Below are positions 36,960-48,188 of a DNA stretch of 64,000 bases, piece by piece. Both the position numbers and the translations under genes were made by a program. The number at the start of each line of letters is the position of its first letter. Position 1 is the stretch's first letter. Source of the DNA: Eledone cirrhosa (lineage: Eukaryota); contig OZ024742.1 of NCBI GenBank assembly GCA_964016885.1, positions 252,588,001 through 252,652,000 of the forward strand. Reading direction: 5' to 3'. The notes beneath the pieces are model-generated. The model ran no database searches, had not been told where the DNA came from, and saw nothing but the letters and a program-made list of their open reading frames with translations.

Positions 36960-39520
36960 TCTTCATCATTTTTACGACTGCTCATATGGGTTAGACAGGT
37001 CCTTCTCAGCACAGCATCTCTCCACTCTCTGTGTTTCTTTGTCATCTCCTCTGTGAGTCACAGCAATTTGAGGTCAGCTCTCACCACCTCTGCCTAGGTT
37101 TTTCTCAGTCTACCTCTACTGCGGCTTCCTTCCACTGGCATTTCTTTACCCATTGATCACCATCCATGCACATCATATGTCTGTACTAATGCCGTCTTCT
37201 CTCCTAGATACAACCTCGGATTCCTTTGAAACCCAGCTTCTCCTTCAGTTCATCCAAGCTCTGCCTTTCTCTCACATTTACATTGCACATCCAACGAAGT
37301 ATGCTGCTTCATTTCTCTCCAGTCTACGCATGTTTTCTGCAGCCACTGCTCTTGTTTAAGTACCAGGCAGCATCACACTTCACACACAGGCACCATATAG
37401 CCTTCCTTTTGTACATAGGGAGAAAACATTTGTTGTCAACAGTGGGAGAGGTTCTCATCATCATCATCGTTTAACGTCTATCTTCCACGCTTGCATGGGT
37501 TTAGATGGGAATTGTCCCACTTGAGGCAATATTGGTTGTCTCGCTCGTATGGGACTGTCTGGCAGGTTTTCTATGGCTGGATGCCCTTCCTAACACCAAC
37601 CACGTTTACAGTGTGGACTGGGAGGTTTTTACCGTGTTACACGGCAACATTACAGCGTGGACTGTGTGTTTTTTTGTCGTGACACCTACACGACCTCATT
37701 TATTTAGGACTGGATGTTGTGGTACCAACATAACTTTACAGAGAAAGGGGTGGTGTAGATGGGGGTGGGGGAGTTGTGGGAGGGGAGGTGTATATTTGGT
37801 TAAGAGGTGCCTACTGACTGTAGGTTTCGCTTTGTACTTAGGCAAGGCGGGTCTTCTGTATTACTGCGTAGTGCCAAAGATCTCCGTCCAGCGATATTGT
37901 CTTAGAGAGGTGTAAGTGTGTGAGGTCGGAATTTATCAAATCGTCCCAGGTTTTTTGGGGCCTGCCTACTCCGTAACTTCTGTCAATTTTGATCACCCTG
38001 CACTTTTTTATACAGCTGTCGTCTTTCATGCGCATCGCGTGGCCATACCAACGTAGTCTTCTCTCGAGTAAACAGCATCTGGTCCCTCTTATACGTAATT
38101 TCTCACTTAGTTCCTTTATGCTTTGCTGTTCACGTATATTACTATTACACATCCAGCGGGGCATGCATGCTTCGTTCCTCTCCAGTCTGCGCAGATCCTC
38201 TAAAGTCCTATCCTTATTTTAGCTCTTATACTCTCAGACCACCCTCCTCTGTGCTGCCAATTAAGTCACCTAGCTAGCAGAAGCTACCAACCACATCTAT
38301 GGACCCTTCCTGTGACTTGAAGAGGTTTATATCACTGACACTATCCCTCGATTACTCCTGTGCATCTTCTACATACAAAGTCCCCCTTTCCTGTTAGTCT
38401 ACCCATTATCCCACTACATCTCTTGTGTACCCAAGATTTACATTGTGTATACTGTAAGGAGTTTATGCCTACTCCTTTTCTACATATGAAGCAGAGCCAT
38501 TTCCCTGAAGGGATCAGGGTCCTATCTTCTTTCCTACTCACTAGCACTTTAGTTTTGGCTAAGTTTACTCTTAGACTTTTTGATTCCAAATTCCGTTCCA
38601 ATAGATGGAACTTATTTTTTAGTTCTTTTATGGATTTGGATATTAGGACCAAATCATCAGCATACAGAAGTTCCCATGTACAACCAGTTTTAAACTCCTC
38701 TGTATTGGCCTGGAGAACAATGATGAACAGCAGTGGGCTAAGAACCAAACCTTGATGAACTCCTACTTGTTCCCTGAATTCTTCACTAAACTCCCTTCCT
38801 ACTTTCACTTTATTGACAGCTCCTCTGTACATAGCTTGCACTGCTCTCACAAACCATTCTTCTGCACCTAATTTCCTTAAGGACCACCAGATAATAGATC
38901 AAGGTGCTCTGTCAAAGGCATTTTCTAAATCAACAAAAGCTAAATATAGTGGCTTATTCTTGGCTAGGAATTGCATCTCATCTATTTTGACTCTTTCCCT
39001 AATTAGTTGCACTATAACTCTTTCATAACTTGGTCCATTAGTTTTATTCCTCTATAGTTGCTCTTTTCTAGAGCATCACCTTTGCCCTTGTAGCAATTTG
39101 TGATTATATTGCTGCACCAGTCATTGGGTATGATTCCGTCTTGTATTACCTGATTGATTATGTGGGTTACTAGTTTAACTCCTACTTCTCCTGATGCTTT
39201 TAGCATCTCAGCAACTAACTCTGACCATCCCACAGCTTTATCATTCTTCATCTTTTTGATTGCATTTTTGACCCTGTAACTGTCAACTTCAATATCTGGT
39301 CCTTCTGTTGGGTATGTTGTAGGTAGGTTCTCTTCTTCCCATTCATTCTCGACATTCATCAATCTCTTATAGTAACATTTCCAGGCATCTTTCTTTTGGG
39401 CATCAGTGGTGCTAAGTGCACCAGCGTCATTTCTAACATATTTTCTCCCAACAACATCTTGATTTACACTAACACACTGCTTTTCAATGCGGAACACTTC
39501 ATGTCTCTGGTCCTCACATC
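36960..39520 (-). mobile_element. Older RTE-PHD LINE interrupted by a younger copy (about 37458-38200)
   Basis: SNYRGIKL, GVHQG, LLYADD and a decayed PHD; the inner segment closely matches the young family 3' end. Confidence 0.85.
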
Positions 39521-39752
39521 ATTGACAGACATAAGAAAAAATACTCAATACCAAAGTAGAGTTTAAATATTCATTTATTATGGCCAAGCAGTGAGCCTGT
39601 GTACTCGCAGGATCATCAGACAAGAGAAAGTTAGTTATATTACTAAATCCATTCAAATTCTTGATAATTTTCAAAATGATTTGAAAATCATTGGCAGTGT
39701 CTTCCATTAGAAATATCATAATGGAAAGGTTAATTTTTCTTTTTTACCTCAG

Positions 39753-39864
39753 GGAACGCCTTGTGATCTTGTAACTGGTGAAGAACGCCGCTTTGCTAAT
39801 GAAGATGAAACTGCTGCTGAGCATGTGGCCTCTACTATAGAAATGTCTAATATTAACATGTTAT
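39753..39864 (+). CDS. SUPV3L1: SUV3 exon 6
   Basis: ctcag| GTPCDLVTGEERRFANEDETAAEHVASTIEMSNINML |gtaagt. Confidence 0.96.
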
Positions 39865-40004
39865 GTAAGTATTTCATTTGCTACTCTGCATGTGTATATA
39901 TATATATATAATGATAAATTCCTATAGAAACTTATGACACTGATCAATTTGATGTGACATCGTTGATGATTTTGTATGAATGAAACAGTTTTGGTCCTGT
40001 AGAA

Positions 40005-40385
40005 GTCAGGGAAATGGCCATGTTCGATATGCAGAAAAGGAACTGGTATAAATTCTATAAAATGCACACAATGTAGATCCTGGGTACACAAGAGATGTAG
40101 CGGGATAGCAGGCAAACTAACAGGTAGGGAGAAATATGTATGCAGTAGATGTACAGGGAAATTAGACAGTAGAAGTCGCATTGATAGACACATTTTTCAA
40201 ATGCAGGAGGGCGCTATAGAAGTGGTGGATAGCTTCCGGTACCTAGGAGATCAGATTAGCATAGGAGGAGGGTGTTCCGAGGCCATAGTATCTAGAATAA
40301 GGACAGGTTGGAAGAAGTTTAGGGAGCTGCTTCCTCTGTTGACGAAGAAGGGTTTCTCCCTGCGTACGAAAGGCCGGTTGTATGA
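40005..40385 (+). mobile_element. RTE-PHD fragment
   Basis: GKWPCSICRKGTGINSIKCTQCRSWVHKRC...CSRC, then VVDSFRYLG. Confidence 0.85.
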
Positions 40386-40721
40386 CTCACCATATTCCTG
40401 AATGCTGTAAGAGGTGCCTAGAAGAGTTGGTTTCAGGAAGAGTATCTAGCTGTAAAATATTTCCCCAAAAAGGACTCGGTGATGAGTATGAAGTTTGTTA
40501 TGAGGCTTCACAGGGCTAACCCTTGTTTTAGCAGAACAATAGTCTTAAAATGCTTGTTATTGTATTGTCCCCTGTTCTAGCTAAATATCCTGACTAGTTC
40601 CACGTTGTTTTTATTATTTCTTGAAGTATATATCTAACTCCTATCTTCCTTTGTATCACTCCACACCTACATATCTATCACTGGCCTTGCCAAATCTATC
40701 TGTTTATTCATTTATTTGTAG

Positions 40722-40891
40722 ATGAAGTGGCCATTATTGATGAAATTCAAATGATAAAAGATGTACAAAGAGGTTGGGCTTGGACACGAGCATTGCTAGG
40801 TCTCTGTGCTGAAGAGATCCATCTCTGTGGTGAAGCTTCAAGTTTAAATTTAGTGAAAGAACTAACAGAAGTCACTGGTGATACATTAGAG
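40722..40891 (+). CDS. SUPV3L1: SUV3 exon 7 (DEIQ motif II)
   Basis: [37 protein letters not shown]...TGDTLE; AG/GT flanks. Confidence 0.97.
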
Positions 40892-41219
40892 GTCGGTATT
40901 TTGAATTTAATTAATAAATAGTTGTAGTGACTCAGTGGCCATAATGTCTCAATTACTAATTTCTAAACAAAGGTGTGTAAAGTTTGAATTCTCAAACTTA
41001 ATCAGTGCTGAAGAAATAAATTTATAAGATGCAGAAAACAACTGCAATTACAGTCAGTTGCTATAAAATAGCTTATAGAAATTGGGTAAAGACCCCTAGA
41101 GACAGAAAAATGTTGCCAGGGATCGCTCCATCTGTAAGAGTCTTTACCCAATTTTTATGAGCTATTTTATAGTAACTGCAGTTATTTTCGGCATTGAGCA
41201 CATCATATAGAGTTCCAAC

Positions 41220-41935
41220 CTGCTCCTTTTCTACATATGGAGCATGACCACTTCCTTGCTGAAATCAGAGTCTTGTCTTTCTTATTTACTAAAACTTTGG
41301 TTTTTGATAGATTTACTCTAAGCCCTTTCAATCCTAAGTTGTTTCCACAGCAGGATTTTCTTCTCTAGCTCTTCCACAGGTTCACTTATAAGAACCAGGT
41401 CTCGACATACAGAAGTTTCCATGGACAGCAAGCCTTAGAATTTGCTGTTATGGCATGGAGAACTGTAATAAACAGTAGGGGACTGAGGACTGATCTTTGA
41501 TGACCATCCACCAACACATTGAAATTCTCACTAAATTCATTGCCTACTCTCCTTTTACTGACAGGTCCTCTGTACATGGCTTGCACTGCTTTCATGAGCT
41601 ACTTATCCACACCTAGTTTCATTAAGGACCACAAGATAACAGATTGTAATACTCTGTCAAAGGTCTTTTCCAAGTCTACAAAAGCTAGGTATATTGCCTT
41701 ACACTTAACTATGAATTTCTTTTGTTGTTATTTCAGTTAGAAGAAAGCATATATGGTACTCCTCCCTGGCATAGAACTGAACTGTTCCTCATCTGACTCT
41801 TACCCTAATTAGTTGTGTTAACACTCTTTCTGACACTTTCATAACTTGGTCCATTAGTTCAATGCCTTTGTAGTTACTCCTTTCTAGAGCATCAACCTTT
41901 CCCTTATAGCAGTTAATGATTATACTGCTGCGCCA
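41220..41935 (-). mobile_element. Degenerate RTE RT fragment
   Basis: YKGKVDALERSNYKGI, VLSPLLFI and CPWKLLY. Confidence 0.8.
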
Positions 41936-42943
41936 TCCTGTATTACCTGAGTCAAAAGGTTTCTTTATTTGTATCAAGAGCATGATAGCCTCTCTAGTGA
42001 TGGTGACCAACATGATAAATGCACCTAGTATATTATATAAAGTGGTCGGTAATAAGAAGGGCATCTAATCATAGAAAGCTTGCCAAGCAAATAATTCTTC
42101 TGTTAGGTGTAATTTTCTGTAGAGGTGTGAAATATATCCCTGTTGTTCATTGTAGTTATGGTACTGTGGTGTTGAAGTAGATTTTAGACCTTTTGAGAGA
42201 CTTCTAATTTCTTTTATGGAAAGGTTTCTTTGGGATAAGTTGATTGTCTTTGGTTTGTACTACCGGGTGTCGTAAATTCTGTCGATTGGGTCTAAAAAAT
42301 AAGCTTTCAAATTTGTCATTGCATTGCTATTTCTTTATCCATTGACATTTTCTCTGTCATCATCATCTTCCATTTTGGCATAGCTGGATACCTTTCCCTA
42401 ATGCCAGCCACTTTGTGGCATATACTGAGTCAGGTGTGTTCTACCATGCACTTCCACTACCACTTAATAGGGTGATTTGGGGGATTTTTATTGTAGCCCC
42501 TGCACTGCCACATCACAGAGAGGGTCTGGTGAATTTTATCCTATTGTAGCATGTTTATTTTTGTATAGTTTTAATATTTTACATTCATGTGTGCATTGGA
42601 AGGAATGATACTAACTTTAAAAAACTTAAATCATGGCAATCTCCAATAATTAGCTGACGAGTAAGGGATGTGTCCATGTTTTTTCTGTTGTCTGTCTCCT
42701 TCATGTGTGCTCAGATTTTGAATTATACATATATATACACTTGTGTGTATATATGTATGCATTTTGTTTATTTTGTCCTTCTTAATCCAAGGGCAGCTGG
42801 GTGTGAGGATTTCTTTTATTCGTGGATTATTCCGGGTTACAGCTGGATCTGGATTGGTTGAATAATGAACTTGTTATTTCAAGATTGATAAAATTTCACT
42901 CTTATTATATAGATTTTCTCTGATTTTATTTTTTCTCAAACAG

Positions 42944-42995
42944 GTGCGCAGATATAAAAGATTGACAAATCTTAAGTATTTGGATAAAGCTGTAG
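42944..42995 (+). CDS. SUPV3L1: SUV3 exon 8
   Basis: aaacag| VRRYKRLTNLKYLDKAV |gtaagg. Confidence 0.92.
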
Positions 42996-43029
42996 GTAAG
43001 GCCTCAGTTATTATTATTATTATTATTAT

Positions 43030-43710
43030 CTCAAATCCCACCAAGGTTAGCTTTGCCTTTCATCCTTACGGGGTTGATAAAATAAAACACCAGTAATACA
43101 CTGGAGTCGATTTAATCGACTTTCCCTTCCCCCCAAATTGCCGTCCTTGTGCCTAAAGTAGAAACAATTATTATTATTATTTCATCCTTATCAGTTGATA
43201 AAATGAAGTACCAGTAATGCACTGGGGTCAATTTAGTCAACTTTCTCCTACCTCAAAATTGCTGGTATTGTGCCTAAATCAGAAACCATTATTATTATTA
43301 TTTTAGAAGAGCGGTGGATTGGCAGTATCGGTAGAGGGTCGGACATGCTTTCCAGCAGAGTTACGTCACTTTACGATCTCAGTTCAAATCCCGCCAAGGT
43401 TAACTTTGCCTTTCATCCTTACGGGGTCGATAAAATAAAGTACCAGTAATGTACTGGGTATTTGCTGGCCTTGTGCCAAAAGTAGAAACAATTATTATTT
43501 TAGAAGGGCATTGGATTGGCAGTACCTGTGGAGCATCAGACAATATGCTTTGTGCTATATGTGTACATCTCTTTACATTCTAAGTTCAAATCTCTGAGGT
43601 TAGTTTTGCCTTTCATCCTTACAGGGTCGGTAAAATAAAGTACCAGTAATGAACTGGGTTCAATCTAATTGACTTTCCCCTCCCCTAAAATTGTTGGCCT
43701 AGTGTCTTAA
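43030..43710 (+). mobile_element. Tandem cluster of about 4 SINE copies
   Basis: Repeated gcctttcatccttacggggtcgataaaataaagtaccag blocks with (ATT)n tails. Confidence 0.8.
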
Positions 43711-44519
43711 TTGTTTTACTTTTATGGTTTATATTGAAAATTAGAGGTTCTTAGCTTTAGATGTAATGGCTTCAGTGTAGTTAGGAAACTTTGGATATGC
43801 TTCGTCAGTTTTTCTAACTCATCTCTCCTCTCTCTTTCTCTCTCTGTCTTTCTCACTTTCTTTCTCTCATATATATGGTATAGTCACATAACTCCCGATA
43901 GAGTCTTGTAGAGGCGCCATAGTGGCATACAGTGTTTCTTGGGCATTGTAAACCTGGCAGAGCCCATCCCTCTCTAGGTCTGAACACAGCTAATTTCTTC
44001 CAGAGAAGAATTGCAAGGGAGAGAAAAGAAGAAACGACCCCAGTACGTTTTTATCAACCTTAGTACATATATATATTATATATATTTATTGAAAATATAG
44101 AAGCCTCAAAGAATTTTTATGACTATGAAAAAAATTCTAAGAAATTGGGCATAAAAGCCAACCCCATAGTCTTACACCACTCCTTCACTCTCTAAATCAA
44201 CATTTAGGCCTCTGCCTGCTAGTATGTTTTCAACTCATGCTTAGCTCCTTCATCCTCCTCCTTCATATATTACCTCTCTATACAATGTTTTCCTCCTTCA
44301 TCTTCAGCATAGATTCTATGGTTGAATGTCTTCCCTAACACCAACCACTACACAGAGGTGCATTTTGTCATGACATCAGTACAACTCTTTACAGTGTGTA
44401 CTGGGTGCATTTTGTCATGGTCCCAGAACTAGGGAGGTTGTCATGTCTTTGATGTGACTGAAAAGTCATCTCAACCCTTTCTTATGTACACAATATATGT
44501 ACATTGTTATACATTGTAT

Positions 44520-45415
44520 ATGTCCGCTTTTTCCCTTGCAAGGATGGGACGGGAACTGATTTTGGCTTGATTTCTACAGCTGGATGCCCTTCCTAACACC
44601 AACCTCATTTACAGTGAGTGCTGGGTGCTTTTTTGCCGTGGCACCTCCACGACCACTTTGCAGTGGAATGATATGAACCCCAGTCCCTATCATCTCATTT
44701 CTACAGCTGAGTAAACTGGAGCAATGTGAAATAAAGTGTCTTGCTCAAGAAAACAACACACATATATATAAGCCTGCATGCTCTGATGGATGTGTAATAG
44801 TAATATATGTGAACGGCAAAGCATAAATGAATTGAGAGAGAGACTGAGCATAAGAGGAATCAAATGCTGTGTGCAGGAGAGGCGGTTGCATTGGTTTGGA
44901 CATGTGATGCGTATGAAGGATGACAGCTGCATAAAAAGGTGCAGAGCACTAGAAGTCAATGGAAACTGCGGAGTGGGGAGATGCAAGAAGACCTGGGATG
45001 AGGTGATAAAAGCCAACCTTACCCAATTACACCTCTCAAAGGTGATGACACACGACCGTGACCTCTGGCGTCACGCAGTAATACAGAGTACCCGACCTCC
45101 CATGGGTACAAGCTGAAGCATATAGACAATATGCCCCACACCCTCCCACTGCAAAGTGGTTGTGGAGGTGCCACGGCAAAAAAGCACCCAGCCCACACTG
45201 TAAAGTGGACGTGTAGGCGCCACGGAAAAAAGCACCCACCACTCACTGTAAATGAGGTTGGTGTTAGGAAGGGCATCCAGCTGTAGAAATCAAGCCAAAA
45301 TCAGTTCCTGTATGAGCAAGGCATGGTCAGCCAACCAGACACTGCCCACAACAGGACAACCTGTCTAACCCATGCTAGCATGGAAGAACGGACGTAAAAC
45401 GGCGATGATGATGAT
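44520..45415. mobile_element. SINE (- 44520-44760) head-to-head with an RTE 3' fragment (+ 44772-45415)
   Basis: The SINE matches 14118-14485. The RTE reads ERRLHWFGHVMRM...KTWDEVI plus UTR. A short (TA)n sits at the junction. Confidence 0.82.
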
Positions 45416-45580
45416 ATATATATATCATCATCATCATCGTTTAATGTCCATATTCCACGCTTGCATATATGTATATATATATATATATAATGTAGCAGGT
45501 GAGTTTTATTGTAGTACAATAAAGCAATGCAGATATCGGATAAGAAGCACTCTACAATTTGTAGGACTAGAGTATAAATA

Positions 45581-45865
45581 ATATATAAGATCAAAAGATG
45601 GTTAAAAGAGTTCCATGTATTTTATTATGCACATTTCAAAAACAAATATCATCATGCAATAACATTTGCGTTTTCGTCAGATAAAATAGGGAGACATGAT
45701 ATGAAGGTTAAAATACACTTGTGAATAGTGTATTTTAACCTTCATATCATGTCTCCCTATTTTATCTGACGAAAACGCAAATGTTATTGCATGATGATAT
45801 TTGTTTTTGAAATGCGCATAATAAAATACATGGAACTCTTTTAACCATCTTTTGATCTTATATAT
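45581..45865. repeat. Near-perfect palindrome: 139-bp arms, 7-nt loop
   Basis: 45581-45719 is the reverse complement of 45727-45865 with one mismatch (A45631/C45815). Confidence 0.95.
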
Positions 45866-45941
45866 ATATACACTGTTATATATTACTGATAAGGTGTATT
45901 TCTGCATTTATTTTCACATTCATTTTTTTTCTTCTTTGCAG

Positions 45942-46070
45942 GTTCATTTAATAAAGTACGGCCTGGCGACTGCTTTGTGTGTTTCAGTAAGAAAGATATT
46001 TTCTACATTAGCCAAGAACTAGAGAAGCGAGGTAGTGAAGTAGCTGTTATTTATGGAGGTCTACCCCCAG
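45942..46070 (+). CDS. SUPV3L1: SUV3 exon 9
   Basis: [43 protein letters not shown]; AG/GT flanks. Confidence 0.97.
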
Positions 46071-46479
46071 GTTAGTTACTTCTCATACAAAGTTTTAATT
46101 CTAAATTCAATGCTATATGTGTCACTGGTGTCAAGCTGTGTGGCCTTTTGCCTTTTAATTGGACAACATTATATACAGTGTAGAAATAGGTTATATATGA
46201 GTTGTGATGTTGCTGGTGCCAAGCTGTATTGCCCTTGGTCAACATTGGAGGTGTGTAAAGGGGAGACTAGTTTTTATGGGCAACTGCTGGTCTTCCACAA
46301 AATACCTTGCGTAGGTTTGTGCCTTGAAGTGGAATTTCCATGTGCAAACTCATGGTCTATCATGACTGAAGGGTGCCTTTTATGTACAGACAGATAGACA
46401 CTGACAGATACACATATTTAATTGGTTGATGCTTCTGCTGTTACTTTAAGCACAAGGAATTTTTGTCTCTCCTACTCAG

Positions 46480-46810
46480 TCACCTTCTACATTAACTACT
46501 CATGACACACTACAATGTAGCATCACACATCCTCTACATTAACTACCCATGTCTCACTACAATTTAATATCACACACCCTCTACATTGCCCATGTCTGAC
46601 TACCATGTAAAATCACACATCCTCTACATTCACTGCCCATGTCTCTTAGCTATGTAGCATCACATATCCTCTACATTCACTGCCCATATCTCACTACCAT
46701 GTAACATCACACACACCCTCTACATTCACTGCCTATGTCTCACTACCTCGTAACATTACACATCCTCTACATTCACTGCCCATGTGACACTACAATGTAT
46801 TATGACATTA
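46480..46810. repeat. About 47-bp minisatellite derived from RTE coding sequence
   Basis: Minus-strand consensus unit gtgatgctacatggtagtgagacatgggcagtgaatgtagaggatgt encodes VMLHGSETWAVNVED. Confidence 0.8.
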
Positions 46811-46938
46811 GGTCACAAGCATCATAAATCTACATAAATGTATTTTAAAATAAAATATTTTCTTTAACATCACCATTTAACGTCTATTTTCCACGCTAAT
46901 TTCTAAATACTAAAGGCAAATGTATATTTTATTTATAG

Positions 46939-47032
46939 GTACAAAACTAGCTCAGGCCCAGAAGTTTAATGATCCTACAACCTCATGTAAAATCATGGTA
47001 GCTACAGATGCAATTGGAATGGGTTTGAATTT
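46939..47032 (+). CDS. SUPV3L1: SUV3 exon 10 (motif V)
   Basis: [32 protein letters not shown]; AG/GT flanks. Confidence 0.97.
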
Positions 47033-47993
47033 GTAAGTATTCTTCTTTCTTTTACTTTTTACTGGATTCAGTTAGGTTGCAGCCATGCTGAGACACTGCC
47101 TTGAAAGAGTATAGTTGATCACATCTACCCCAGTATTTATTTTATTGATCTGTATTTATGGAACAACAGACAACACTTGTTAAGTGGGGTAGACATAGAC
47201 ACACACACACACAGGCATTCAAGTACATACACACACACACACAGACATACACAAACAGACAAACACATATAGAGGTAACACAGGACTGAGCTGGCTAGTG
47301 ATATGCCATAATACAAAAGACCCATCTACTGGTACAAAAACTGTGACACTAAAAGTAAATGTAATGAGAAACTGGAGGTGACAGTGTTGGTGATTGAACA
47401 GAGACAGTATAGTGTTTGAGAGAACAACCTCTTTAGTACTGGTGCCAACATAAAATGTACCTGGTACACCCTGTAAGGTGGTTAGTGTTAGGAAGGGCAT
47501 CCATCTGTAGAAACTTTTAAATTTGGAATGTATGAGTGAGATGGGATTACTCTGACCTGTCTGGTCTCAAAATGTGACAACCTGTCCAACCCATGCCAGT
47601 GTGGAAAACAGACATAAAATGATGATGATGATATATATGACATATATATATATATAACTCACAGTTGGGTGCGGATGCATTCATGTATATATGTGTGTGT
47701 CCGCATGTATCTGTGTGTTTCTAAATGTATTAATAACTCCCTCTGGTCGAGCAATCTTTGAAGTGTGGGGACAACTGGAAAGCTTCCATTACTCATACTT
47801 CTCGCCTTCTTCACTACCTCTTCTACGGCCTCGATATGAATACCCCCTCCGCCTCCGTGGTATTTTTTTCGTGGTTATAGGAGGCTTAGCTCTGTTTCTC
47901 GACCGTTATATCGCGTGACTATCTCCCCCTCCGCCTTTTGGGATTCTTTCTCACGTCGTGTAGACGCGTTCTTGAGACTAGTAAAATGAGGTA

Positions 47994-48081
47994 TCCTCTT
48001 GATAAGTCGGCAGACCTCGCAAGGACTCTATATCTTTGATATATTGTTTTTGTTTATGCCACGAAACTACGTAGTCGAGGA
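47994..48081 (+). ncRNA. Type I hammerhead ribozyme, U3-A8 core variant
   Basis: UCCUC UUGAUAA GUcGGCA...UGCCAC GAAA CUACGUAG UC GAGGA. Stem III is a 10-nt palindrome; GUC site at 48076. Confidence 0.72.
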
Positions 48082-48188
48082 ATTTAGGAACAGTTTAGGT
48101 ATGATACATTTTATTACTAATTATATCTAAATGTTTCTTCTCTCTTCATAATGTATATATATATATATATATATATATAAATATATGT

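Noticed and set aside
42650-42800. CUGACGA followed by a possible long stem II
   Set aside because: No GAAA or cleavage triplet after the stem.
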